64,000 nucleotides of DNA from Candidatus Bruticola sp. (GCA_051874735.1 JBJEGD010000001.1:20893-84892); one strand, 5' to 3'; positions 48,396 through 58,763 are shown, counted from the first letter of the stretch. The notes: generated by a model not told the origin, from the sequence alone. Made by a program: numbers and translations.

Positions 48396-49328
48396 TTGAA
48401 TAATAATGTTGCTGGTTTTCTAAATATAAATAAACCTCCCGGGATGAGTTCTCACGATGTGGTGGCGTTTGTGCGTCGTCTGCTTCCTAAGGGACTGAAA
48501 GTAGGCCATCTAGGGACACTAGATCCCGGTGCTTGTGGTGTCTTGCCTTTAGCTGTGGGCTGGGCGACTCGGACTATTCAATATTTTCCGCCTAATCGCA
48601 AAGCTTATCGAGCTGAAATTACCTTTGGCAGTGAAACGGATACTCTTGACGCTCACGGTACAGTAATATGTCAGGCGGCTGTTCCAGATCTTAATTTAGA
48701 ACTGCTTGAGTCTATATGCAGATCGTTTGAAGGCGATATTATGCAGGTTCCTCCGCAAATTAGTGCTCTTCATGTAGATGGGCAGCGAGCTTATAGATTG
48801 TCACGCAGTGGGTACTGCTTAGAGCTTCCGCCTCGTCCTGTGAGTATTTACGCCATCAAGTTAGGCGCTGTTGAGAAGAATAAAATTTTAATAGATGTTG
48901 AATGCAGCACCGGCACGTATATCCGCTCTTTGGCCCGCGATTTTGGTTCGTCGGTCGGATGCGGGGCCCATCTATCCTTTTTATTGAGAACGCAGAGCGG
49001 TATTTTTAATTTAAAAAACTCGTCAACTATTGAAGATTTGCGCTGCTGTGGAGTAGAAAGCTGTTTGTGGCCCGTCGAGCGAACTCTTACTGCCGTCCTG
49101 GGTCGTTCCTGTTTTATTGCCGGATTAAATTTCCAGGGAGGACAGGAATTCGCCTTAGTGTACTCTAGCAATAAAAATGTGCTGAATTTGAAAAATATCG
49201 AATTAGGCGGTGTTTTTGCAGTTTATAATGACAATAATGGCCAATTTATAGGAGTAGGCGTAGTGGCCGAGAATTTTAGCGGCAGTAGGGTGCTTCGGTT
49301 AGAGCGTTTGTATTCGAAAGGAGTTTAA
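48396..49328 (+). CDS. truB: tRNA pseudouridine(55) synthase
   Basis: KPPGMSSHDVV, GHLGTLDP, TDTLD, CSTGTYIRSLARD. Confidence 0.95.
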   Translation: MNNNVAGFLNINKPPGMSSHDVVAFVRRLLPKGLKVGHLGTLDPGACGVLPLAVGWATRTIQYFPPNRKAYRAEITFGSETDTLDAHGTVICQAAVPDLNLELLESICRSFEGDIMQVPPQISALHVDGQRAYRLSRSGYCLELPPRPVSIYAIKLGAVEKNKILIDVECSTGTYIRSLARDFGSSVGCGAHLSFLLRTQSGIFNLKNSSTIEDLRCCGVESCLWPVERTLTAVLGRSCFIAGLNFQGGQEFALVYSSNKNVLNLKNIELGGVFAVYNDNNGQFIGVGVVAENFSGSRVLRLERLYSKGV

Positions 49329-49333
49329 GTGCA

Positions 49334-50893
49334 GTGTCTGTTGTCTTTTGGGGGCTCTGTCCTCATCCTCCACTTTTAATACCCGGTATTTCCGATTCAT
49401 CGAAAGATAAAGTAAAATCCACCGAATCAGCTTTTAAGCAATGGGCATTCAAATTAAAAGAGCAGAAGCCTGAGCGTATTATCATAATTTCTCCTCATGC
49501 TCCGGCAGCTTCTGCATCTGTGCCTGTGTTCGCTCTTCCTTATTTAAAAGGAAATATGCAACGATTCAGTCGGCAGCCTCAAGTTACTATGGAAGTTGGC
49601 TGCGATCTCAATTTTATCGACCGCCTTTCCGCCTTGTGTGTTGAAGAGCAGTTCCCTCTGCTGACTGTAACTGAAGATATGGTAATTAAGTACCATATTG
49701 AATCTAGTTTAGATCACGCTTCTTTTATACCTCTTTATTTTTTGCGTCAAGCTGGTCTATCAGATGATGTTCCTGTGGTTATTTTCGGTTATGGGCCTAA
49801 CTATACGGAACTTTATCTTCAGTTGGGGCGAATTTTAGCTCAGGCCCTTAAACAAGACCGAAAAAATACAGCGATAATTGCTTCTGGCGATTTGTCTCAT
49901 CGTTTGCTGGAGTCAGGTCCTTATGGGTTCAGTCCTTACGGGCTGGAGTTTGATGAAAAAATTAACAAAATCCTGCGTGGCTGCACAGCTAACGATCTTC
50001 TCTCATTTACCAATGAAGAGGTGCACGAGGCTGCTCAGTGCGGTCTGCATTCGATTGCCGTACTTTTGGGCTGCTTAAATGAATGCGCCGTTCCCGTTGA
50101 GGTTAATCATCTGTCTTATGAAGCTCCTTACGGAGTCGGTTATTCTGTCGTGTACTATCTACCTAAAGGATCTGAGCCTGGCTCTGCAGACTCTGTTGAA
50201 GGTCATAATAGCAAGGCCGAGCAGCAGAGCCAAGTAGGCAAAAATAATTCATCTAATAATACTGATAAGCAGGCAAAGAAGGTCGCTTCACCTTTGAGCT
50301 TTATGCATAGTGAGCTCGACAAAGAAGGCGGAAGCGTGGTCTTTTCTGAAGTATCCAAAAGTGGTGCTGTCGCAGAGAAAGAGGTAGATATTCGTCTGCA
50401 GTTAGCTAAAGCTAGCGTGGAACATTATGTTCTTTATAAGGAACATTTAAGCTTCGATCAAGAAAAGTATCCAGAATTGCAAAAGCCGGCTGCTGTTTTT
50501 GTAACTTTGAAAAAAAACGATCAGCTTCGAGGTTGCATCGGCAGTCTTGTACCTATAGAAAATAGTCAGGGAGAGGAGATTGTGCGCAGTGCTATTTTAG
50601 CTTGCAGTCGCGATCCACGTTTCCCAGAAGTTACTACTGAAGAGCTGCCTGAATTGCAATATCAAGTTTATGTTTTGAGTGAGCCGGTGAAAATTAAAGG
50701 GCCACAGGAACTTGATCCTAAGCGCTATGGAGTTATCGTCCGCAAAGAAGGGCGCAGCGGAGTTCTCCTTCCCAATTTGGAAGGAGTAGACAGTATTGAG
50801 ATGCAGTTGCGCATTGCTTGTCAAAAAGGTGGTATACTTCCTGAAGAAAAGCCGGAGTTATATCGCTTTACTGCCGTCACTTATTCGGAGTAG
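49334..50893 (+). CDS. AmmeMemoRadiSam system LigB/Memo-like + AMMECR1 fusion
   Basis: PHPPLLIP, ISPH, DHA, ASGDLSHRL, YEAPYGVGY, then FVTL, LRGCIG, DPRF, GVLLPNLEG. Confidence 0.9.
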   Translation: MSVVFWGLCPHPPLLIPGISDSSKDKVKSTESAFKQWAFKLKEQKPERIIIISPHAPAASASVPVFALPYLKGNMQRFSRQPQVTMEVGCDLNFIDRLSALCVEEQFPLLTVTEDMVIKYHIESSLDHASFIPLYFLRQAGLSDDVPVVIFGYGPNYTELYLQLGRILAQALKQDRKNTAIIASGDLSHRLLESGPYGFSPYGLEFDEKINKILRGCTANDLLSFTNEEVHEAAQCGLHSIAVLLGCLNECAVPVEVNHLSYEAPYGVGYSVVYYLPKGSEPGSADSVEGHNSKAEQQSQVGKNNSSNNTDKQAKKVASPLSFMHSELDKEGGSVVFSEVSKSGAVAEKEVDIRLQLAKASVEHYVLYKEHLSFDQEKYPELQKPAAVFVTLKKNDQLRGCIGSLVPIENSQGEEIVRSAILACSRDPRFPEVTTEELPELQYQVYVLSEPVKIKGPQELDPKRYGVIVRKEGRSGVLLPNLEGVDSIEMQLRIACQKGGILPEEKPELYRFTAVTYSE

Positions 50894-50909
50894 TTTTAGT
50901 TATTGAGTA

Positions 50910-50953
50910 AGAGGGCGGACGGCGGCAGCTGATCCGCCTTCTCTATTTTCTTT
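50910..50953 (+). terminator. Probable terminator
   Basis: AGAGGGCGGA...TCCGCCTTCT followed by a T-rich tail. Confidence 0.6.
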
Positions 50954-51020
50954 GCCGCTCTGTTTTTGTCGGCAAAATGAATCGATAAGTAATATAGACT
51001 TCAAGCCGTAGTCCTAAATT

Positions 51021-52001
51021 ATGAACGCGTCCAACGAACAAAAACCGATTAACAGTGCAGCAAGAGGTGAGAACTGTTCTGAACATACTGCAGAGCGTCC
51101 TAGTGTTGAGTTGTCGGAAAAATCTAGGCATCAGTCAGCAGAAGCTCCTAAGCCTGCCTATTTAATAGCTCCTTTAGATTGGCAGGGCGATCAGGACTTT
51201 TTTTCCAAGGTAGGTTCTGACGGATTATTTCTTGACTCTCAGAACTTTGCCAAGGAGTCCACTTTTAATAACAACAGCAAAGCTTGGCAGATTCCTATAG
51301 CGGTAGCTTGTATCATTTTGGGAATAATGGTCGGTCTTCAATATCGTGCCCATTCAGCCAGTACACCTATTCAAGTTGATGATCGCCGTAAAATGCTAGA
51401 ACTAGTGCGGACTTTGGAAGCGGAGCGCAACAAAATGTCAGCTGAAATAAGCGAATTGCGTTCTAGAATCGCTGACATGGAGACAGCTTCCAATAGGATA
51501 GGAGTAGCTGGCAAGCAAATTCAAGAACAGCTTAATAATTCACGCATTGAAGCAGGACTAACTGGTATGAAGGGGCCGGGCATAATTGTAGTTCTGAGCG
51601 ATTCGCCGCGGACGCCTCCAATCAATACCGATCCTTATTTTTACATAGTTCACGATGTAGATCTTACAGCTTTAGTTAATGAGCTGTGGTCAGCCGGAGC
51701 TGAAGCAGTTTCTATTAATGAGCAGCGTGTTGTCACTAGGACATCGATTCGCTGCGTAGGCCCCACAGTTTTAGTAAACGGCGTGCGTATTGCCGCCCCT
51801 TATACAGTTAAAGGTATAGGACCTGGCGACTTAGAGACAGCTCTGCGTATGCCGGGCGGTTTCTTAGATAGTATGGCAGCTTTAATTAGTAACGGAGGTC
51901 AGGTAAGCATTAGCCGAGTTGATGAGGTTACCATTATGCCTTATGAAGGGAGTATAGCTTTTCGCTACAGTCAGTCCTTCAATAAAGATAGTGAGAAGTA
52001 G
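51021..52001 (+). CDS. DUF881 (YlxW/YlxX-like) membrane-anchored coiled-coil protein
   Basis: TM, coiled coil, 'AGLTGMKGPGI', 'VHDVDL..LVNELWSAGAEAVSINEQR', 'IRCVGP'. Confidence 0.92.
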   Translation: MNASNEQKPINSAARGENCSEHTAERPSVELSEKSRHQSAEAPKPAYLIAPLDWQGDQDFFSKVGSDGLFLDSQNFAKESTFNNNSKAWQIPIAVACIILGIMVGLQYRAHSASTPIQVDDRRKMLELVRTLEAERNKMSAEISELRSRIADMETASNRIGVAGKQIQEQLNNSRIEAGLTGMKGPGIIVVLSDSPRTPPINTDPYFYIVHDVDLTALVNELWSAGAEAVSINEQRVVTRTSIRCVGPTVLVNGVRIAAPYTVKGIGPGDLETALRMPGGFLDSMAALISNGGQVSISRVDEVTIMPYEGSIAFRYSQSFNKDSEK

Positions 52002-52099
52002 CTGCTCCATTATTTGTTTAGTTCTTTTTGTGCTGCCTATCTACGGATAGAAAATTTTTTTAGGCTTTTGATCTTTATTGAGGAGAAAAATAAAAACTG

Positions 52100-52477
52100 G
52101 TGCTTCTAGTTATTGCAGGTTTACTATTAGGTTTACTAATTGGCTGGGTTCTACCTTTCCAAATTCCTGTCAGCTCTGCGAAGTACGTTTCCGTAGCTTT
52201 TTTAGCTGGTCTTGATTCAATAGTAGGCGGTTCCCGCTCCGGTTTAGAAAACAAATTCAATTTCAGTGTATTTGTGAGTGGATTTGTGGTTAATTTGCTT
52301 TTAGCTGCCGGCCTGACTTGGGTGGGCGATGCTCTTGGCGTAGAAATTTATCAAGCGGCCATAGTTACTTTTGGCATGCGTATTTTTGTTAATTTAGGTT
52401 ATATACGCCGCGATATCTTAAAACAAAAGTCTGAACCTTCAGTTATAGAGAGTGTTGTTTCACCTACTATAAAATAG
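52100..52477 (+). CDS. sbp: Small basic protein Sbp (DUF1290)
   Basis: 'LAGLDSIVGG', 'FVSGF..N.LLA', 'FGMRIFVNLGYIRR'; follows DUF881. Confidence 0.9.
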   Translation: MLLVIAGLLLGLLIGWVLPFQIPVSSAKYVSVAFLAGLDSIVGGSRSGLENKFNFSVFVSGFVVNLLLAAGLTWVGDALGVEIYQAAIVTFGMRIFVNLGYIRRDILKQKSEPSVIESVVSPTIK

Positions 52478-52714
52478 TATCTTTTTCGATTATATAGGCA
52501 GGAAGTTTTTCAATTTTGTGTTAAGATGAAAGCGCGCTTTCTGGGTGCGCTGCGCATTTATAGGCGTTGTGCTAGTGAACTTCGATTTTTAAAACTGCTT
52601 AAAATACACGAAGTCAGCTGATGGTATGTGCATATTCTTGCCGTGTTGTTTGGCTTTCAGGCAGATAGCGTTAAAACACATGCAGTTTATAAAACATAAA
52701 GGCAACATTAGTTA

Positions 52715-53947
52715 ATGGATCACACTGATAATAATTGCGAACAGGCTGCTGACTGTATTAAAAATTTCTCTATTTCTCGTTCTGCACAGACGCCCAACCT
52801 CGATGAAACTTCCGGACATAGTTTAAAACATTTGTATAGCGATTTGTCTGCAGAGAATCTTTGCATCTTAGCTATTAATCCTGGCTCTATTTCTACAAAA
52901 ATAAGTGTTTTTTGCGGAGATAAAGTGCGTTTTACTAAAGAACTGTTGCATAGTGTCAGCGATTTGGCTCCTTTTGAAGGTCAATCTGCAGCCGCCCAGT
53001 TAAAAATGCGTACTGAATGTATTATTGAAGCTCTGAAAGAAGAAGGAGTAGAGCTTTCTTCACTGTCAGCTGTAGCCTGTCGAGGCGGGCTGCTTAAGCC
53101 CATACCACATGGAACTTACGATATAACTGAACAAATGCTCCAAGAACTGCGCGAAGCTAAATGGGGAGATCATCCATGTAATCTGGGAGCTATGATTGGC
53201 TATTCGTTTTCTAAAGAGCTCAATATCCCCGCTTATGTTGTTGATCCTGGTGTTGTCGATGAGTTACCTCCGCGTGCTTATATTACCGGCCTGAAAGAAA
53301 TACGCCGCCGTTGTATAAGCCACGCTTTAAACGCTTTCGCTCAGACTCGGCGTTACGCTTCTGAAATAGGTACTACTTACGATCGTCTAAATTTAGTGGT
53401 AGCTCACATAGGCGGGGGAGTCTCTATCGGAGCGCACAAACACGGTCATTATATCGATGTGAATAATGCCCTAGATGGTGAAGGGCCTTTCTCTCCAGAA
53501 CGAAGCGGTTCTCTTCCTGTAGGTCCTCTTATTGATCTCTGCTTTAGTGGTAAATATACTCGCGAGGAGTTGCGCCGTCTGAACAGAGGTAAAGGCGGTA
53601 TGCTTAATTTAGTGGGCACGGCTGATATGCGCGAGATAGAAGCCCGTTGTTTAGCTGGTGAAGAAGAATTTGTCAATGCTATGGAAGCTATGGCCTACGC
53701 TATCTCTAAGAATATTACTTCTATGTGGCCGGCTTTTGATGGAGAGGAGATCGACGCTGTCATACTCACTGGCGGTGCTTCGCGTTGTCAAATTCTTGTA
53801 GATAAAATTAAAAAGTACATTTCTGCAGTTAAAGTACCTATAGTTGTCTACCCTGGCGAGTGGGAAATGATCGCTTTGGCTAGTGGTGTGGCTCGGGTAT
53901 TAAGTGGTCAAGAAGAGCTGAAAACTTATCCGCCTGTATCTGAATAA
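52715..53947 (+). CDS. buk: Butyrate kinase
   Basis: INPGS.STK, RGGLLKP, VDPGVVDE, HALN, HIGGGVS, GPFSPERSG, PGE.E. Confidence 0.93.
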   Translation: MDHTDNNCEQAADCIKNFSISRSAQTPNLDETSGHSLKHLYSDLSAENLCILAINPGSISTKISVFCGDKVRFTKELLHSVSDLAPFEGQSAAAQLKMRTECIIEALKEEGVELSSLSAVACRGGLLKPIPHGTYDITEQMLQELREAKWGDHPCNLGAMIGYSFSKELNIPAYVVDPGVVDELPPRAYITGLKEIRRRCISHALNAFAQTRRYASEIGTTYDRLNLVVAHIGGGVSIGAHKHGHYIDVNNALDGEGPFSPERSGSLPVGPLIDLCFSGKYTREELRRLNRGKGGMLNLVGTADMREIEARCLAGEEEFVNAMEAMAYAISKNITSMWPAFDGEEIDAVILTGGASRCQILVDKIKKYISAVKVPIVVYPGEWEMIALASGVARVLSGQEELKTYPPVSE

Positions 53948-54049
53948 TTCGCTATTTTCTTCTGCCAATATATCTATTATTGCTTAGGGTGGACGTCTTT
54001 TGAGGAAGCGGCCGATCCTATATGAGCAAAGTTCGGAGGTATTGCCAAA

Positions 54050-54970
54050 GTGGAACAGATTCGCAATTTAGATCAGCTTGTTGAAAGTTTGCAGGGTAAG
54101 GCGCGCCGCCGTGTGGCTGTGGCGGCTGGCCACGATCATAACGTTATCAAAGCAGCTGCTGAAGCCGTTAGCAGAGGTATTGCAGAAGTAATTCTAGTTG
54201 GTCAGGTTAGTAAAATAAACGAGATGTGTGCTGAATATTCCATTAATTCTGGTTTATTCAGCCTTATAGACGAAGAGTCTCCTGTAGGTGCTGGTATGCT
54301 GGCCCGTGATATGGTTGTCCAAGGGCGCGCCGATATTCTGATGAAAGGGCTCTTAAATACCGATCAGTATATGCGTCTAATTTTAGATAAAGAAAAGGGC
54401 CTGTTGCCTAAAGGCGCTGTATTGACCCATATAGCTTGTTTGGAGATTCCTGAGTATGTAAAGCAGCAGGGTAAACTTCTTTTAGTCAGCGATGTCGCTA
54501 TTATTCCCGCTCCCGATTTAGCTGCTAAAATGAAGATGATCAGCTATGCGGTTGAGGCTGCTCACTCTTTCGGCATTAGTGTGCCTAAAGTAGCCGTTTT
54601 GGCTCCTACTGAGAAGGTTTTGCCTAAAATTCCCTCCTGTTTAGAAGCGGCTGCTTTGTCAAAAATGGGAGAACGTGGGCAATTCGGCAGCTGCACTGTG
54701 GAAGGTCCCTTAGCTTTTGATGTTGCTGTATCACCAGAATGCTGCGCTGTTAAAGGACTGCACACAGCTGACGAAGGAGCTGCAGATATTCTAATTTTTC
54801 ACTGTTTAGAGGCTGCCAATACTTTCTACAAAGTATGTACTATTTTTGCTAAAGCCCGCGTAGCTGGTGTTGTAGCTGGAGCGAGCGCTCCTTGTGTGCT
54901 GACCAGCCGAGCTGACAGCGAGGAAACTAAGTTGTACTCTATTGCTTTAGCCTGTCGTATGGTGAAGTAA
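54050..54970 (+). CDS. ptb: Phosphate butyryltransferase
   Basis: ADILMKG, SDVAI, EGPLAFDVA, ADIL, LTSRADS; adjacent to buk. Confidence 0.92.
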   Translation: MEQIRNLDQLVESLQGKARRRVAVAAGHDHNVIKAAAEAVSRGIAEVILVGQVSKINEMCAEYSINSGLFSLIDEESPVGAGMLARDMVVQGRADILMKGLLNTDQYMRLILDKEKGLLPKGAVLTHIACLEIPEYVKQQGKLLLVSDVAIIPAPDLAAKMKMISYAVEAAHSFGISVPKVAVLAPTEKVLPKIPSCLEAAALSKMGERGQFGSCTVEGPLAFDVAVSPECCAVKGLHTADEGAADILIFHCLEAANTFYKVCTIFAKARVAGVVAGASAPCVLTSRADSEETKLYSIALACRMVK

Positions 54971-55018
54971 ATTGACAACTTAATATCTCTATAATTTTAG
55001 TTAGGAAATCCATTTTTT

Positions 55019-55068
55019 TAGAAAGTTGGCAGTTGCTGCTTATCAAGTACGCTGCCAATTTCTAGTTT
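55019..55068 (+). terminator. Probable terminator after ptb
   Basis: TAGAAAGTTGGCAG...CTGCCAATTTCTA followed by a T-rich tail. Confidence 0.55.
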
Positions 55069-55090
55069 TATTTATAGGAATATAAGACAA

Positions 55091-55125
55091 AATCTTAGGG
55101 CGGGCTTTAAGCCCGCCCTAAGATT
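55091..55125. repeat. Perfect 17-bp inverted repeat (REP-like or terminator)
   Basis: AATCTTAGGGCGGGCTT-T-AAGCCCGCCCTAAGATT. Confidence 0.85.
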
Positions 55126-55184
55126 AGCTCCACTTTTAAAGTGTATTTTTCTTATTTTTACTACTTCTTGCGAACGATAGTTAG

Positions 55185-56798
55185 CTAATTGTCGGCCATT
55201 TCTTGAACTTCGACAAAATGACTATAAGCTTGGATTAAAATATGAGAGGCTATGTCTAGGTGAGAATTAGCCCCTGTATCAGCCCACCACTGCATTTCAT
55301 CGACGCCCTGTTTGAATTCTTCTATACCTTGACGCAAACTATAAAGAGCCTGATTTATAGTTGGATCATCACTGGAGGCTGGGAGCTTACTTAAGTTAGC
55401 TAAAGCTGAACGGAGCAGTTGCTTGCCCCAAGCCAGCACTCCGTTAAACTCAAGTTTAGCAATACGCCCGTATTTGGCGGCGTCGCAAGCTTCAATCAGT
55501 CTAGATAAGTGATCAGAAGTGTCGTTTTCTTCTTGATCGTCATTGCTGGTATAGTTAGTAACTGTGCTGTTATTCTGTTCATCTTGGAAGCTGTTGGGAA
55601 TCATCAAACGAGCTCCGCAATGATCGCATACTTTCGAATAAGTTTTGTTTTCGAATCCGCAGTGTAAACAGGTTATAGTGTTAGCTTCTTCTTCAAACTT
55701 AGTAAATACTTTCCAAGCTTGGCAGATACGATCTGCTCCGTCTTCCAGATATTGAATCGCTTTGCGGAGCAGAAGACGCCGAGTGATTCCTAGGCGTAGC
55801 AACGGTAAAGCCCTATTCAGCCGATCAAAACCGTCGCGGGCTATAGGAACTTGTTCAGCTAAGCGAGGAGAGCTTTCTAAAGCCTGATTGGCGCACTGCT
55901 CAAAGCGGAAGTAGCTTTCAGCCAGCTGCGGTTCAAACCAAGACTGAGCGCGTTCCAAAATATTGCTAGGCAGACCGGATAAAACCGCCCTAGCCGCATG
56001 AATAACCCAGTTAACTTGCGGAGAAGGAGTAGGTTTATCAGCTAACGCTTCGCCAGTGCTGTCTTGCATTAGTTCTACCAGCAGCAAGCAGCCTTCACAG
56101 AACTTCACAAAACCGTTGTCGAGAGCGTTATAGTCGTATTGTAAAAAATAAGTATCCATACTTTGGATACCTGACATAACTTGGCGTACGGCGCTAATTC
56201 CTCTGTTGCGCCTAGCCGGGTCGTTATCTTGCTCAAACACACTCAGACTATTAGCAAAATGATCCCATAAACGATCAAAAATTTCGCTGAGTCTGTCATC
56301 ATCCATGGCCCCTTTTTTGGTAGCCTGAATGACTTTCTCCATTAGATTGATAGCTGGGTGAGGGCTGTCCCCCTGACACAAATAATTCCACTCATAAGCC
56401 AACAGAGCATCGTGCATCTCGGCGTACGCATCAAAAATTTGCTCAGGAGCTGACTCCAGAGAATAGTTACTTGGAGAGCTGAACCAAGAGCGCACTTTAG
56501 CCAGAGTATCAACATAACGCTGGAAAGAACTAATAACATCTTTGACTGCTTGCACTACTGCTGGAGTTGCACTGCTAATAATGGAGGCTGTTTGAGTTTT
56601 GAAATTATCTCGGGAAGTGACTACTTCTTTTAGATAAGCTTCAAGAACTATCCCTAAAGCACGCGGATCAGCCCTTCTTTGAGCAACTTTTAAACAGAGC
56701 AAAATTAAACGATTGGTTGTTTCGGAAGGCGTAACTAAATCGTTGGGCAGTAAAGTCTCCGGGGTTTCTCCTTCTAAAGTTGTACCGTAACCAACCAT
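55185..56798 (-). CDS. Hypothetical helical-repeat protein with a zinc ribbon
   Basis: CLHCG...CDHCG zinc ribbon; four similar helical segments. Confidence 0.75.
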   Translation of the reverse strand: MVGYGTTLEGETPETLLPNDLVTPSETTNRLILLCLKVAQRRADPRALGIVLEAYLKEVVTSRDNFKTQTASIISSATPAVVQAVKDVISSFQRYVDTLAKVRSWFSSPSNYSLESAPEQIFDAYAEMHDALLAYEWNYLCQGDSPHPAINLMEKVIQATKKGAMDDDRLSEIFDRLWDHFANSLSVFEQDNDPARRNRGISAVRQVMSGIQSMDTYFLQYDYNALDNGFVKFCEGCLLLVELMQDSTGEALADKPTPSPQVNWVIHAARAVLSGLPSNILERAQSWFEPQLAESYFRFEQCANQALESSPRLAEQVPIARDGFDRLNRALPLLRLGITRRLLLRKAIQYLEDGADRICQAWKVFTKFEEEANTITCLHCGFENKTYSKVCDHCGARLMIPNSFQDEQNNSTVTNYTSNDDQEENDTSDHLSRLIEACDAAKYGRIAKLEFNGVLAWGKQLLRSALANLSKLPASSDDPTINQALYSLRQGIEEFKQGVDEMQWWADTGANSHLDIASHILIQAYSHFVEVQEMADN

Positions 56799-56866
56799 AA
56801 TACAATCAAACTTCCGTTCATAATGATGAGCAATTTTTAGGTGATAAAGACAAGCAAGTTAATCGT

Positions 56867-57286
56867 TCATTGCATGAGCTGTTGCAGTTCATCTGAAGAT
56901 GTACCTGGAACAGGTACGCCTAGAGAAGATACACGGCCGTTCATTTCCTCTTGGCTCTTTTGGAAACTCTGATGCATAGCCTGGATCTCTTCATCTTTAG
57001 GGGTAGAAGAAGCTGCTATCTCTTGCATCCATTCTTCTTGGGGAGCATTGGCATCTTTGACCATGATACCATTCATAGATTCACATAGAGCCACACCTAT
57101 AGGCACCGAACTGCTCACGCTTACCGAAGAATTTTTGCTAAGTCCGTTGCGTTTGACAAGTTTTTGAGTTATGCCGGTCATAATTCCTAAAACAGAGGCG
57201 TTGCTTATTGCTTCTGAGCTATTCATAACCGGGGCTGCCGTGTTGGTTACAGCGATAGAAGCCGGATTCATTTGCAGGGGCTGCAT
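56867..57286 (-). CDS. Hypothetical low-complexity protein
   Basis: AGGAG RBS upstream; 139-aa ORF rich in S/Q/M, co-oriented with the downstream gene. Confidence 0.6.
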   Translation of the reverse strand: MQPLQMNPASIAVTNTAAPVMNSSEAISNASVLGIMTGITQKLVKRNGLSKNSSVSVSSSVPIGVALCESMNGIMVKDANAPQEEWMQEIAASSTPKDEEIQAMHQSFQKSQEEMNGRVSSLGVPVPGTSSDELQQLMQ

Positions 57287-57622
57287 AACTAAAAAAACTC
57301 CTAATTAACGGCTTCTCTAGCTGGTTGTCATATTAAGCGAGCTGAGAAGCAAATAATGAGATATACGTAAGATTCGCATTAGAACTTGCAGAACCTTCTG
57401 CCTGATTTTTGATGCTTTTTATTCATTTTCTATGATAATTAAGTCGGCTTCTTTTTTTATTTTTTTATAACTTTATTATTAGACAATTATTAAAAATTGA
57501 AAAAGATATATTTTTTTTATAGTTGAAGCGGCTGCAGCTGAGTTCATAGCAAAAGGGCTTTACCTATATACGGTAAAATGTTTCCCCAGTTTTAGTGAGG
57601 AGTTATTGTATAACGAAAAATT

Positions 57623-58606
57623 ATGAATAAGCTGATAATCGTTACCGGTGCTTTAGGCTTTATCGGCGCTAATTTGGTAGAAGCTTTAAATCAAAACGGT
57701 TATACCAATTTGCTTTTGGTAGACCATTTGAATCATACTGATAAATGGCGAAACTTCGGTCATTTGACTTTTGAAGATTATTTAGATAGAGAAGCTTTTA
57801 TTAGGCTGCTCGGTTCTGGGCACTTGAGCTCTCAGATAGAAGCTATTTTCCATTTGGGCGCTTGTAGCAGCACTACGGAAACCGATGCCAATTTTTTGAT
57901 GGAAAACAACTACCGCTATACAAAAACTTTGGCTAAGTGGACGGCAGAACGCAAAATTCCCATGATTTTGGCATCTTCAGCAGCCACATACGGCAACGGA
58001 AATTTCGGCTATAGCGATGATCCAGCTATTGTTTCCCAATACGTGCCGCTCAATATGTACGGTATGTCCAAACATCTTTTTGATAAATGGGCTTTGCGTT
58101 GCGGATTATATGAGCATAATTTAGTAGGTCTTAAGTTTTTCAACGTGTACGGACCTCATGAAGATCATAAAGGAAGCATGCGCTCAGTTGTTTACAAAGC
58201 TTTTTACCAAATTTTAGAACGAGGCTATGTAGAGCTGTTTAAATCTTATCATCCGCAATATCAAGACGGGAGACAGCTTCGTGATTTTGTCTATGTTAAT
58301 GATGCTGTCAAAGTGATGCTCTATTTCTTTAAACACCCTGAAAAACACGGTTTATATAATTGCGGTAGTGGTGTGGCACGCTCTTGGAACGACTTAGCTG
58401 AAGCTGTCTTCGCCGCTATGGGTAGAGAAGTAGACATTCGTTATATAGAAATGCCGGAAAATTTACGCGGTAAATACCAATATTATACATGTGCTGACAT
58501 GAATCGGCTTAAAGAGGCCGGGTACACTGAGCCATTTGCTTCCTTGGAAGATGGTGTTAAGGATTATGTGCAGAATTATCTAGCTGTTCAGGCTGGTTTA
58601 AAATAA
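57623..58606 (+). CDS. hldD: ADP-L-glycero-D-manno-heptose 6-epimerase
   Basis: TGALGFIG, HLGACSSTTE, ASSAATYG, YGMSK, FFNVYGPHEDHKG.M, RDFVYV, GKYQ.YT.A. Confidence 0.95.
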   Translation: MNKLIIVTGALGFIGANLVEALNQNGYTNLLLVDHLNHTDKWRNFGHLTFEDYLDREAFIRLLGSGHLSSQIEAIFHLGACSSTTETDANFLMENNYRYTKTLAKWTAERKIPMILASSAATYGNGNFGYSDDPAIVSQYVPLNMYGMSKHLFDKWALRCGLYEHNLVGLKFFNVYGPHEDHKGSMRSVVYKAFYQILERGYVELFKSYHPQYQDGRQLRDFVYVNDAVKVMLYFFKHPEKHGLYNCGSGVARSWNDLAEAVFAAMGREVDIRYIEMPENLRGKYQYYTCADMNRLKEAGYTEPFASLEDGVKDYVQNYLAVQAGLK

Positions 58607-58675
58607 CTGTAACGTAATAAATTGCCTAGATAGTTTACTGCCAAATTTAAGTAGTAGTTTTACATAAAACTTTTT

Positions 58676-58737
58676 GCGCTCCAGCCGTTATTTGCTTCAA
58701 AAATCAAAAGCAACGATTCAACGGTTTGGAGCGTTTT
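58676..58737. terminator. Hairpin between convergent hldD and lptD
   Basis: GCGCTCCAGCCGTT...AACGGTTTGGAGCGT. Confidence 0.6.
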
Positions 58738-58763
58738 GGTGTTTACTCTAGATATTCAGTTTA

